Translations under genes and position numbers: made by a program
Shown here: in pieces, positions 9,359 to 18,246 of the stretch
Position numbering within the stretch: the stretch's first letter is position 1
Layout of the letters: the number at the start of each line of letters is the position of its first letter
DNA from: an uncultured Staphylococcaceae bacterium
GTDB lineage: Bacteria; Bacillota_I; Bacilli_A; ML615J-28; CAG-313
Reading direction: 5' to 3'
Length of the DNA stretch: 59,254 nt
Assembly (NCBI GenBank): GCA_964368275.1
Contig: CAYJAQ010000002.1
Coordinates: forward strand, 1 to 59,254
Notes under the pieces: generated by a model
Seen by the model: only the letters and a program-made list of their open reading frames with translations
Database searches by the model: none
What the model was told of the DNA's origin: nothing

Positions 9359-9514
9359 CTATTTTTTAGATTTTTCTTTGTGGATAGTAGCTTTCTTACA
9401 ACGTGGGCAATACTTTTTATATTCCATACGGTCAGGAGTATTACGTTTGTTTTTTTCTGTTAAGTAGTTTTCTTCTCCACACTCTGTACATTTTAATAAT
9501 ACATTAATACGCAT
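9359..9514 (-). CDS. rpmG: 50S ribosomal protein L33
   Basis: Not in the ORF track (51 aa). My translation is [51 protein letters not shown], with the L33 zinc-ribbon CxxC...CxxC. GGAGG SD 8 nt upstream. Confidence 0.93.
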   Translation of the reverse strand: MRINVLLKCTECGEENYLTEKNKRNTPDRMEYKKYCPRCKKATIHKEKSKK

Positions 9515-9588
9515 TTTCGTACCTCCATAATAAATCCTTTATATTATACTATATTTCAATAACTTTTGCAAGCAATTACAAATATTAT

Positions 9589-10236
9589 TTAAAGATTTGT
9601 CTCAATTTCAAAGCATTTTTGAATATTTTTTATGAAAGCCGATTCGCTCCGACAATATTTCATCTTTAGTACTTCTCTATTAGAAGTAATTTTTCGCAAA
9701 TAATCTTTATATAAATAAACCGGAAGAATATTAGCATCTTCTGCTATATCACAGCTTGCATGCGTAAAAAAACCATACTTTACTTTATCTTTGATCATAA
9801 TTAAATCAAATGGTCCATCCTCATCTAAACTATATTGGGAAGCCGGATATAATTCCTTTAAACGCTCATAAAGAAAAATGCTTGTCCACTTATACTTATT
9901 TACTAAATATTCTACTACTTTTTCACTATAATAATGAACAATTAAAAACTCACCCTTATTGATTACTTTAACAATCGCCTTTACTAGTTTCAACTGCTTC
10001 AATACTTCATACAGCATGATTACACGATTTACTTCCATTGCATAAACATTAATAATCATTGTCGTATTCTTCACATAAGTTGTTTTCGGACAAGCAATGA
10101 CATTTTCTACAAAACCATACCACCAACCAGGTCGGTTACTGGCTAATTCATGGATTTTACTAATGAAAGCCTTCTCTACCTCATCATAATAATACTCGTC
10201 CAATAATTTACTAATACTATTTTTCACAAAAACCAC
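9589..10236 (-). CDS. Hypothetical protein (no recognisable family)
   Basis: 212-215 aa ORF with a GTG start (10236 or 10227; the latter has an AAGGGGTG SD). No motif I can assign. Confidence 0.5.
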   Translation of the reverse strand: MVFVKNSISKLLDEYYYDEVEKAFISKIHELASNRPGWWYGFVENVIACPKTTYVKNTTMIINVYAMEVNRVIMLYEVLKQLKLVKAIVKVINKGEFLIVHYYSEKVVEYLVNKYKWTSIFLYERLKELYPASQYSLDEDGPFDLIMIKDKVKYGFFTHASCDIAEDANILPVYLYKDYLRKITSNREVLKMKYCRSESAFIKNIQKCFEIETNL

Positions 10237-10270
10237 CCCTTAATAATATGAGGTGGTTTTCTTTTTTATA

Positions 10271-11941
10271 CTATTTTTTTAAATCAATTATTGAAGTAAT
10301 AATAATTGGACGTTTTTTAACAATTCTAAACGTTAATTTACCAATTTCATCACTTAGTGAAGACTTAATTGCTTCTTTATCAACAACATTTTTCGTAAAA
10401 GCATTTTTAAGCATTCGTGTGAAAAGATCAACTACTTGTTTATTAAAGTCCTCTTGAGGAACATTTAAAACAAAGCCTTTTGTTATTACAACTGGGTCCT
10501 TAACAATTTTACGGATGCGACTATCAACATATACTAAGATAATGATAGCACCATCTTCGGACATTTGTTCACGTTCCTTTAAAATTTGCTGATTAACACT
10601 AGCAATCAGTGAACCATCAACTAAAATATCGCCATATGTAATATTTTCATAACCTGTTAATTCTTTATTTTCAATAATAGCCGTTTTACCATTATCAATA
10701 ACCACAATATTTTTCTCTGGCACACCAGCACCTTTTAAGACATCAATATGACGATACTGGTGACGATATTCACCGATAACAGGTACAATATAATGTGGTT
10801 TTAACATTGAATAAAGCATTAGTAGATCATCAGGAGTAGCGTGGGTAGTTTTTAAAACACTCTTTGGTATTACTTCGACATCAATATCATTGCGATAAAG
10901 TTCATCCATAACGCCAATTGCAAAACGTTCTGTACCAGGTAATGGGTCAGAGATAAAAACAACAGTATCTTTTTCCGTGATTTGAACAATTCGGTCTTGC
11001 TTATTTAACATACGAAGTACCATATTGTATTGTTCATTTCGAACACCAGAAACAATAACTACTAGGTCATCATCATCATTTTTACAAGTGTCATCAATAT
11101 AGCGCAGATTTACTAGTTTATCAGTAGGAATCCGTAAATACCCAGAGTTAATCGCTACATCAATCGCCCGTTCGCCCGTTTTGCCAACAACTGCGATACG
11201 TTTTCCACTAGCGATACTCATATCAATAATGCGTTGAATACGACTTAAAGCAGAAGAAAAGCAAGTTACAATAATCCGATGTTGTGCTTTATTCAAAATA
11301 TTTTGGTATTTGTGTTCAAACTTAACATCGTTATTGGCACGATAATCATTAGTAACCCCAATGCTTTCAGATAATACAGCTAAAACTCCTTCGCGGTTTA
11401 ATTCAGTAATCTTTTCGAATGAAGTCTTGTAGCGTGGGTCAAGGGTTGAACCAAAATTAAAATCAGGTGCATAGACAATAACCCCATCAACCGTATGAAT
11501 CGCAATTGCGACAGATTCGGGAATACTATGGGTTGTGTTATAGAAAGTAACAAAATTGTCACCAAACTTCATCGTCTTTGTTTCATTAATTCGGTAAAGT
11601 TTATACTTACTAACATCCATGTCATTTGCTGATAACAAACTTTCGATTAAACAAATCGTAAAATGGGTTCCATATACTCTAACATTAATATTTTCTAATA
11701 AGAATGGTAAAGCCCCAGTATGGTCTTCATGACCATGGGATATAAAAATCCCCTCAATCCGTTCCTTATTTTCTACTAAATAACTTATATCGGGAATTAC
11801 GGCATCTATGCCATACAAATCAACTTCAGGATACTTAAGACCAGCATCTAAAATAAAGATTCGGTCATCGACTTCAACAACAAACATATTTTTGCCGTTC
11901 TCGCCAAGTCCCCCTAAAGATGATATTTTTATCTTACTCAT
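10271..11941 (-). CDS. rnj: Ribonuclease J (metallo-beta-lactamase/beta-CASP)
   Basis: MSKIKISSLGGLGENGKNM..., HGHEDHTG motif, beta-CASP and C-terminal domains, 556 aa. Confidence 0.93.
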   Translation of the reverse strand: MSKIKISSLGGLGENGKNMFVVEVDDRIFILDAGLKYPEVDLYGIDAVIPDISYLVENKERIEGIFISHGHEDHTGALPFLLENINVRVYGTHFTICLIESLLSANDMDVSKYKLYRINETKTMKFGDNFVTFYNTTHSIPESVAIAIHTVDGVIVYAPDFNFGSTLDPRYKTSFEKITELNREGVLAVLSESIGVTNDYRANNDVKFEHKYQNILNKAQHRIIVTCFSSALSRIQRIIDMSIASGKRIAVVGKTGERAIDVAINSGYLRIPTDKLVNLRYIDDTCKNDDDDLVVIVSGVRNEQYNMVLRMLNKQDRIVQITEKDTVVFISDPLPGTERFAIGVMDELYRNDIDVEVIPKSVLKTTHATPDDLLMLYSMLKPHYIVPVIGEYRHQYRHIDVLKGAGVPEKNIVVIDNGKTAIIENKELTGYENITYGDILVDGSLIASVNQQILKEREQMSEDGAIIILVYVDSRIRKIVKDPVVITKGFVLNVPQEDFNKQVVDLFTRMLKNAFTKNVVDKEAIKSSLSDEIGKLTFRIVKKRPIIITSIIDLKK

Positions 11942-12016
11942 ACTATTTCCTCACATTTCGTGTAACATACTTACACTATATTGTACCAAAAAACGGAAAA
12001 AATAGCAACGATTTCA

Positions 12017-12367
12017 CTAACCTTTAGGCTTAAAGACAATGGCAACTAAAAATGCAAAGAGAATAGCAGCAGCAATACCAGACGATGTTAAGTCAAAAAT
12101 ACCGACCAAAACTCCCATATATCCAATTTGCGTCGCTTCCTCTACTGCAGCATGGGTAAGGGAGTGACCAAAACTCGATATTGGCATTAAAGCACCTGCT
12201 CCACCTAATTCAATTAGTTTATCATACAGATGAAAGCATTCCAATGCACTACCTAGTACTACATAAAGAACCGTAATATGAAGTGGTAATAACTTAAAGA
12301 GATCCATAATTAGCTGTCCAATTGCACATATTAATCCACCAATAATAAAAGCCATTAGAAATTCCAT
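12017..12367 (-). CDS. spoVAE: Stage V sporulation protein AE (SpoVAEB-type)
   Basis: 116-aa membrane protein MEFLMAFIIGGLICAIGQ.... Start ATG overlaps the spoVAD stop (TAATG). Synteny after spoVAC-AD. Confidence 0.85.
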   Translation of the reverse strand: MEFLMAFIIGGLICAIGQLIMDLFKLLPLHITVLYVVLGSALECFHLYDKLIELGGAGALMPISSFGHSLTHAAVEEATQIGYMGVLVGIFDLTSSGIAAAILFAFLVAIVFKPKG

Positions 12368-13374
12368 TATTTCACCCTTTCTAAGCAAACAGCATGAGCA
12401 ATTGCTGGCACACTTTCATGTTGTGCCATCATAATTGGATTCATCAGTGCTCCTGTTGCTATTACTAATACTTTATTCAGTTTACCTTTTAGCATCTCGT
12501 GGTAAAGATAACCATACATTACTAAAGCTGAGCAACCACAACCACTACCGCCTGCGAAGACTGCTTGTTTATTTATATCATAGACAAGCATTCCACAATC
12601 ATGGTAATTCTTCTCAATATCAATATTCCATTCCTTTAAGATATCTAAAAACACTTTTCCCCCATACTTTGAAAGGTCACCTGTTAAAATTAAATCATAT
12701 TCCGATGGATCTATTTGAAAATCTACTAGATGCTGTCTGAGAGTTGACGCTGCAGCCGGCGCCATAGCTCGTCCCAAATCTTGTGGATCAGTTAAACCCG
12801 GATCAACCACTTTGCCAATAGTTGCACGTGTTACTTTAATCGGCGATTCATCACTACTTAAAATCCCAGCACCAGCGGCACTAACCGTAAAAGTGGTACA
12901 ATTAGGTTTAGGCCCACCATATTCGGTTGGATAACGAAATTGTCGCTCACTAGTTGCATTGTGAGAACTTGTCATACACACAACATTTTGGGAAACGCCA
13001 CTATCAATAAAGGTGGCACCACTTAATAATCCTAAAGTCGAATTACTACATGCTCCATAAATCCCCAGAAAACTGACATCATAATCGCGCATTAAATAAT
13101 TAGAAATTGCCAATTGATTATTCAAATCACCAGAGATTACTAAATCTACATCATATGAGCCTAAACTTGCTTTTAAAAGGACAAGTTCAAAAGCATCACG
13201 TAACATTTGAATTTCCGCCTTTTCCCATGTATCTTGTTCACAGTATAGATTAGGATAACTAGCATCATAATACTCGCCAAGCGGTCCATCTGCTTCTTTA
13301 GGACCTGATACACAAGCAGCAGCTTTTAAATATACGTTATCATACTGAATACTTGTTTTCCCTTTTTTTACCAT
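12367..13374 (-). CDS. spoVAD: Stage V sporulation protein AD (thiolase-like fold)
   Basis: 335 aa. Typical SpoVAD N-terminus (...YDNVYLKAAACVSGPKEADGPLGEYYD) and synteny. Confidence 0.9.
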   Translation of the reverse strand: MVKKGKTSIQYDNVYLKAAACVSGPKEADGPLGEYYDASYPNLYCEQDTWEKAEIQMLRDAFELVLLKASLGSYDVDLVISGDLNNQLAISNYLMRDYDVSFLGIYGACSNSTLGLLSGATFIDSGVSQNVVCMTSSHNATSERQFRYPTEYGGPKPNCTTFTVSAAGAGILSSDESPIKVTRATIGKVVDPGLTDPQDLGRAMAPAAASTLRQHLVDFQIDPSEYDLILTGDLSKYGGKVFLDILKEWNIDIEKNYHDCGMLVYDINKQAVFAGGSGCGCSALVMYGYLYHEMLKGKLNKVLVIATGALMNPIMMAQHESVPAIAHAVCLERVK

Positions 13375-13811
13375 ATTATGCCCACCAAATAAATAACTGA
13401 ACTAAAGAAAAAAGCACTAACAATACCTGCGACAATAATGGCGCCCGCTAGTTTAAACATATTTGACATAATTCCTAGTATTAGCCCTTCGCTCTTACTT
13501 TCTAAAGCGGCAGATGTCATCGAATTAGCAAAACCAGTTATTGGAATGTACGTGCCAGCCCCAGCAAATTGCCCAATTTTATCATATACTCCAAAACCCG
13601 TCAGGATTGAAGCAATGAATACTAACGTAATTGACATTAAACTACTAGACGTCGCTTTCTCAAAATCTAAAACTGATAAGTATAAGGTTAATAATCCTTG
13701 AGCAATCAGTCCGACGATTCCCCCAATAATAAATGCCCGTAATACATTCATAAATATTGGGCGCTTAATTTTTTCATTCTTTAATACTTTTTGATAAGTT
13801 TTTTGTTCCAT
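13368..13811 (-). CDS. spoVAC: Stage V sporulation protein AC
   Basis: 147-aa 4-TM protein matching the SpoVAC family by sequence pattern, and by position after sigF. Confidence 0.88.
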   Translation of the reverse strand: MEQKTYQKVLKNEKIKRPIFMNVLRAFIIGGIVGLIAQGLLTLYLSVLDFEKATSSSLMSITLVFIASILTGFGVYDKIGQFAGAGTYIPITGFANSMTSAALESKSEGLILGIMSNMFKLAGAIIVAGIVSAFFFSSVIYLVGIIW

Positions 13812-13848
13812 AAAAAATCACCATTTCTAGTATTTTCAAGAAATGGTG
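13812..13848 (-). terminator. sigF-spoVAC intergenic hairpin with T-run; its 3' arm contains the spoVAC SD
   Basis: Minus strand: CACCATTTC-12 nt-GAAATGGTG then ATTTTTT ATG. GGTGA lies in the 3' arm, 7 nt before the ATG. Confidence 0.55.
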
Positions 13849-13857
13849 TTATTATAC
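13828..13857 (-). promoter_or_regulatory. Candidate forespore (sigma-G/F-type) promoter for spoVA
   Basis: GTATA-18 nt-AATACTA, compared with consensus GHATR-18-CATxHTA (first -10 base mismatched). Sits inside the hairpin, as expected if spoVA has its own promoter as in B. subtilis. Confidence 0.3.
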
Positions 13858-13859
13858 AA

Positions 13860-14447
13860 TTAAATAAGGACTTTATTGGCAATCGTTTTTAATTTGCGAC
13901 AAACGCTGCTTTGATTAATTGCTAAAACTTGAGCTATTTCCTTTTGAGTCATATTATTAATTAAGCGCATTTTTAGTATTTTACGCTCAGTTTGGTCAAG
14001 TTCTGATGCATCAATCATATTATACCAACTATTATCAGCAATATTATCAATTTCTTCTTCTTTTAAATAATGGACTTTCTCCATGAAAGATGAGGCAATT
14101 ATCACATTCTCAATTGAGGTATTCTCCTCTTCAGCGATTTTTTCAAGTGGTTTATCGCCGTTTTTTAATTTATCAATAATTTTTCTAGTCCGATAATCAA
14201 GTTTAATCGCATTTTGTTTGGCTAGCTCTTTTTTGATAGATCCTAAAATATATGGCACCGCAAAACTGCTAAATGCTACCCCTTTTTCCATGTTAAATTT
14301 ACGGGCAGCGTCAAGTAGTCCCATCATCCCCGCTTGCACTAAGTCATCACGGTCAAAAGGGTTAGTCGGGAATCGCTTTACAATATGGTAAACGAGCCCT
14401 TGGTTGTTTTTAATCACATACTCATAACTAGTGATGTTATCCTTCAT
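13860..14447 (-). CDS. sigF: Sporulation sigma factor SigF (compact, 195 aa)
   Basis: Sigma-70 regions 2 and 4 (DLVQAGMMGLLDAARKF; MTQKEIAQVLAINQSSVCRKL). Position immediately after spoIIAA-spoIIAB. Confidence 0.85.
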   Translation of the reverse strand: MKDNITSYEYVIKNNQGLVYHIVKRFPTNPFDRDDLVQAGMMGLLDAARKFNMEKGVAFSSFAVPYILGSIKKELAKQNAIKLDYRTRKIIDKLKNGDKPLEKIAEEENTSIENVIIASSFMEKVHYLKEEEIDNIADNSWYNMIDASELDQTERKILKMRLINNMTQKEIAQVLAINQSSVCRKLKTIANKVLI

Positions 14448-14862
14448 AGTAGTTCTTTATCATTTTTACCCGTGTACCTTCACCTAGTTTTGAATACACC
14501 GCAATCTCATTCATAAACACTTCCATAATGGTAAAACCAAGCCCAGCTCGTTCTTGATCGTCCTTAGTTGAAAAAAGTGGTTCACGGGCTTTTTGAATAT
14601 CAGCAATACCAATCCCCTCATCAATAACTTCAATAATGATTTGGTGGTCATCGTAAGCCATTGTTAATTCAACCCATTTACTTTCATTATTACGATATCC
14701 ATGCACTATCGCATTAGTGACCGCCTCTGAGATAGCGGTTTTAACCTCATTTAGAATTCCTAACTCAATCTCTAGATTCACTAAGAAAGCAACTGACACT
14801 GTACGTGCAAAAACCACATTCTCATTTTTGGCTAAAAATTTTATTTTCATTTCATTTTTCAT
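14437..14862 (-). CDS. spoIIAB: Anti-sigma F factor / serine kinase SpoIIAB
   Basis: GHKL motifs EAVTNAIVHGY, DEGIGI and GLGFTIM. Start re-set to the ATG at 14862 (GGAGG, 7-nt spacer), which overlaps the spoIIAA stop as TAATG. Confidence 0.9.
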   Translation of the reverse strand: MKNEMKIKFLAKNENVVFARTVSVAFLVNLEIELGILNEVKTAISEAVTNAIVHGYRNNESKWVELTMAYDDHQIIIEVIDEGIGIADIQKAREPLFSTKDDQERAGLGFTIMEVFMNEIAVYSKLGEGTRVKMIKNYYEG

Positions 14863-15212
14863 TATACTGCCTCCAAGCATTCTTGTGCTTCTTTTTCATT
14901 TTCAGCAACAAGACAAATTTTCTTTAAACCTGATAGATTAAAAATTCGTTCAATCAGTTCATTCATCGCACATATTACCACTTTACCCCTTACTTGCTTT
15001 AATTGTGTATAACGACCGATAATGAAACCAATCCCACTACTATCCATAAATGGCACTTCTTCTAAATTGATAATTAAATGTTTAATATGGTATTTATCAA
15101 TTATTTCACTCACGCGATATTTCAAACTTACAGCACTTGCTTGATCTAGTTCCCCTTTTAATCTGATTAAAAGAACATTACGTTTTAATACCATTTGCAT
15201 TCCCAAACTCAT
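14862..15212 (-). CDS. spoIIAA: Anti-sigma F factor antagonist SpoIIAA (STAS)
   Basis: STAS domain with phosphorylatable Ser (FMDSSGIG). Start re-set to the ATG at 15212 (SD AGAAGGGGT). Confidence 0.9.
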   Translation of the reverse strand: MSLGMQMVLKRNVLLIRLKGELDQASAVSLKYRVSEIIDKYHIKHLIINLEEVPFMDSSGIGFIIGRYTQLKQVRGKVVICAMNELIERIFNLSGLKKICLVAENEKEAQECLEAV

Positions 15213-15255
15213 TCTACCCCTTCTTTCTGTGATAATTTTAGCACACTTTTCCCTA

Positions 15256-15283
15256 ACAAAAAAGACCTTCGACAAAGAAGGTT
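15256..15283 (-). terminator. Terminator downstream of dacF
   Basis: ACCTTC-TTTGTC-GAAGGT followed by TCTTTTTTG on the minus strand. Confidence 0.7.
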
Positions 15284-15377
15284 AAAACTAGACGCTAATG
15301 GCATATCCCAATTATGCGTTATTATGTCTAACTTTCTTCAAGAAAGTCCATTCTTGCAAAAATATAATGATTTTTTG

Positions 15378-16529
15378 TTATGTTAGCATCGCCTTTATCA
15401 CACTCCAAAGAACTGTCCAAAAATCTGCTCTTTTAATGGAATGCGTAAGTGATAACGAAGATTCGCCTACCACTTTATTGTTAAAAATTATCTGATAAGT
15501 GCCAATATTATCCTTTTCGCCATTTTTGATTTTGTCTTCATCAATGTTTTGACGATACGTGTATTCAGGTGGGATCTCTCCTTTTGGCAAAACGACAACT
15601 ATCGCTTTATTTAGAACAACATCTACTTTTTGAGGACTATTTAGCACTAATTCTAACTCTTTAACTACCGTACCTTTAGGTACGATTTCAGAGCGGTCGT
15701 AATTAGCGAAACCATAATTTAGCATACTCAAGGTATCTTTTGTTCTAACATCAGGACTAGCACACCCCATGACAACCGTGATTAGGCGCATGTCAGCTTT
15801 TTGCATCGTCGTAGTAACACAATAACCCGCTTCATTTGTCCAACCTGTTTTTAAACCATCAATTTCTTTAACGTGCTTAACTAGTTTATTAGTATTAACT
15901 AACCAAAAAGGACTATCAGTATCTTGCCGAAGATAATCTTCGTATGTGTTAGTTAAAGTTAATACTTCGGTGCCATGGCGATTTAGCAAGGCTTGGGCCA
16001 TAGTTGCCATATCATACGCACAAGTATAGTGGTTACTTTCTGGCAAGCCCGTTACATTAACAAAGTTGGTGTTTTTAAGTTTTAAAGTTTTGGCCTCTTT
16101 ATTCATTCGACTGACAAAGCTTTCTTCATTTCCACAAATCGCCTCCGCCACCGCAACCGCCGCGTCATTTGCTGAAGCTATCGTTATAGCTTTTAGTAAA
16201 TCACTTAATGGCATCTGTTCGCCAACTTTTAAGAAAATCTGCGAACCTCCCATACTGGCTGCATATTCCGAAGTTGTAATAATGGAATCAAGGCCAATGC
16301 GCCCCTCTTTAATGCTATCGAAGATAATCTTCAAAGACATTATTTTAGTCATTGAAGCGGGTGCTAAAGCTTTTTCCGCGTCTTTTTCAAATAAGATTTG
16401 ACCAGAATCTAATTCAATCAAAATAGCACTTTTCGCATTAGGAGCTAAATCGACCATCGCAGTTGTAATAACAGCAGGAATATTAAGCAAAAACAAGAAT
16501 ATCACTATACTTACTATTTTTTTCATCAT
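15378..16529 (-). CDS. dacF: D-alanyl-D-alanine carboxypeptidase (PBP5 family), DacF-like by synteny
   Basis: SxxK (ASMTK), SxN (SAND) and KTG motifs plus the C-terminal PBP5 domain. Lies directly upstream of the spoIIA operon as in B. subtilis. Start at 16529 (GGTGAG SD). Confidence 0.85.
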   Translation of the reverse strand: MMKKIVSIVIFLFLLNIPAVITTAMVDLAPNAKSAILIELDSGQILFEKDAEKALAPASMTKIMSLKIIFDSIKEGRIGLDSIITTSEYAASMGGSQIFLKVGEQMPLSDLLKAITIASANDAAVAVAEAICGNEESFVSRMNKEAKTLKLKNTNFVNVTGLPESNHYTCAYDMATMAQALLNRHGTEVLTLTNTYEDYLRQDTDSPFWLVNTNKLVKHVKEIDGLKTGWTNEAGYCVTTTMQKADMRLITVVMGCASPDVRTKDTLSMLNYGFANYDRSEIVPKGTVVKELELVLNSPQKVDVVLNKAIVVVLPKGEIPPEYTYRQNIDEDKIKNGEKDNIGTYQIIFNNKVVGESSLSLTHSIKRADFWTVLWSVIKAMLT

Positions 16530-16680
16530 TATCTCACCACTACAATGTATGAAAGTATTTCTAATTTTAGACACTAAAACAGAGAATTAATATAATTGAT
16601 TTTCATAGACATTATATTTAAACGTTAACTTCCTACTGGTTTCAAACAGCAAAAATAGATTTTGACAAACCAAACTACTT

Positions 16681-17400
16681 TTAATTTGGATTATCCACCG
16701 TTTTTGCTTTCTGATGTTTTTGCATTTTTGACCAATTTGCATAACCATAAATATCATTTATTAGAAATATTACAAAACAGATAACTACTGATAAATATGA
16801 AATATCGGAAGTAGCTGCTAGTATCCATAGAATAATTAGAACAATATCATTTGCTGCATATGCAGCAGCGAAAAAAGCACTTCTTCTAAATGTTAAATAA
16901 ACAGCAAAAAAGCTAGTGGTCACAGATATAGTACTAGGTATTAAATTAGTCGTATTTAAAGCTGCTAAAATATAGTAAAAGGCTAAAGTAACAATTATTG
17001 AAAGAATCACCATAAAAATAATCTCTTTTACTTGTAGATGATTTACTTTTACTTCAGCTTTATTTCCATTGTATGGATGCTTTAACCATGAAATCAAAGC
17101 AAAAACTGCCATTGGCGCTGTCATTCCTAAATATGTAGCCATTTCTCCATAATAAGCAAAAGTAAAAGAAATAATACCATATAGGATACTGAATATAATC
17201 ATAAGCAATTGTCCAAAAGGATTTCCCTTAGCATTAAAAATTAATGAAGTTACACCTATTAACGATGCAATAAGTGTCAAATAATTATCTCTGTCAAAAA
17301 TGAAAAAGGAAACCATTATTAATGCAACCGATATACTCCATAGGAAAATTTCTCCCTTAGTAAAATAGGATAATTTTGATTTTAATTTTTTAGTTAACAT
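16681..17400 (-). CDS. pnuC: PnuC-family (nicotinamide riboside-type) transporter
   Basis: About 239-aa, 7-8 TM protein with PnuC-like segments (NAKGNPFGQLLMI..., WLKHP). Start re-set to the ATG at 17400 (GGAGG SD). Confidence 0.75.
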   Translation of the reverse strand: MLTKKLKSKLSYFTKGEIFLWSISVALIMVSFFIFDRDNYLTLIASLIGVTSLIFNAKGNPFGQLLMIIFSILYGIISFTFAYYGEMATYLGMTAPMAVFALISWLKHPYNGNKAEVKVNHLQVKEIIFMVILSIIVTLAFYYILAALNTTNLIPSTISVTTSFFAVYLTFRRSAFFAAAYAANDIVLIILWILAATSDISYLSVVICFVIFLINDIYGYANWSKMQKHQKAKTVDNPN

Positions 17401-17411
17401 TTTATACCTCC

Positions 17412-17471
17412 AAAAAAAATAAGCATCTGTCCACACATCTTCAATGACCTAACGATGTGTTACAAATGCTT
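17412..17471 (-). terminator. Leader terminator/attenuator immediately upstream of the pnuC SD
   Basis: Minus strand: AAGCAT-TTGT-AACACATC ... GATGTGT-GGACA-GATGCTT followed by ATTTTTTTT, then GGAGG. Confidence 0.6.
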
Positions 17472-17594
17472 TCGTTATCTACCCGGTGGTAGAAATAAAA
17501 TTATTAAATTTTTAATACTATGCCTATTATCATATCGAGAGATATGGCAGTATTCTTCATATCAATTATTGAAAAAATAACGTAATTTCCGCTA

Positions 17595-18245
17595 TTATTT
17601 AATTTGCCAATCAATAGCAGCATCTTTCAGAAAACTATTAGCCTTAGAGAATGGGCGACTACCAAAGAAACCACGATACGCTGATAAAGGCGAAGGATGG
17701 GGTGATGTTATTATCAAGTGTTTAGGATTATTGAGTAATACCTTCTTTGATATCGCATAACTGCCCCAAAGAATAAAAACAATCGGTCGATCTTGACTAT
17801 TAACCGTTTTTATCACTTCATCGGTAAATACCTCCCAGCCAATCCCATTATGACTCAATGCTTCACCCTTACGGACGGTAAGAATAGCGTTCAATAATAA
17901 TACTCCTTGTTCAGCCCAAGTTGTCAAATCGCCATGATTAGGGATTGAGCACCCTAAGTCACTAGCAAGTTCTTTGTAAATATTTTGGAGACTCTTAGGG
18001 ATGGGAACACCTTTATTCACAGAGAAGCTCAAACCCATAGCTTGGTTTTCTTCATGATAGGGATCTTGACCTAGAATTACTACTTTAACCTTGGCAAGCG
18101 GAGTCAAAAGTAATGCGCGCATAATCTCACTTTGAGCGGGAAAAATTCGCCGAAAAGCATATTCATCTTTCAAAAAAGCCATCATTTTTTGCCAATACTC
18201 TTTTTGTGATTCAACTATAATTAATTCACGCCAATTTTGATACAT
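17595..18245 (-). CDS. ung: Uracil-DNA glycosylase (family 1)
   Basis: Motifs VVILGQDPYH, GVLLLN and HPSPLSA. Confidence 0.95.
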   Translation of the reverse strand: MYQNWRELIIVESQKEYWQKMMAFLKDEYAFRRIFPAQSEIMRALLLTPLAKVKVVILGQDPYHEENQAMGLSFSVNKGVPIPKSLQNIYKELASDLGCSIPNHGDLTTWAEQGVLLLNAILTVRKGEALSHNGIGWEVFTDEVIKTVNSQDRPIVFILWGSYAISKKVLLNNPKHLIITSPHPSPLSAYRGFFGSRPFSKANSFLKDAAIDWQIK

Positions 18246-18246
18246 A

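Noticed and set aside
10226-10262. Hairpin AAACCACC...GGTGGTTT as the rnj terminator
   Set aside because: It contains the SD and GTG start of the next co-oriented gene, and the T-run is short (TTTTTG). A translational-coupling or occlusion structure is more likely, so it was not called as a terminator feature.
15195-15495. Small plus-strand ORFs (15195..15386, 15298..15495) in and around the dacF-spoIIAA spacer
   Set aside because: They overlap the dacF 3' end and its terminator on the opposite strand, and have no SD or conservation cues.
17437-17590. Assignment of the pnuC leader to a named riboswitch class (NAD+-II pnuC motif, TPP, FMN)
   Set aside because: I could not find the conserved cores of TPP or FMN elements, and I cannot reproduce the pnuC-motif consensus reliably from memory. 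It is reported only as an unclassified structured leader.
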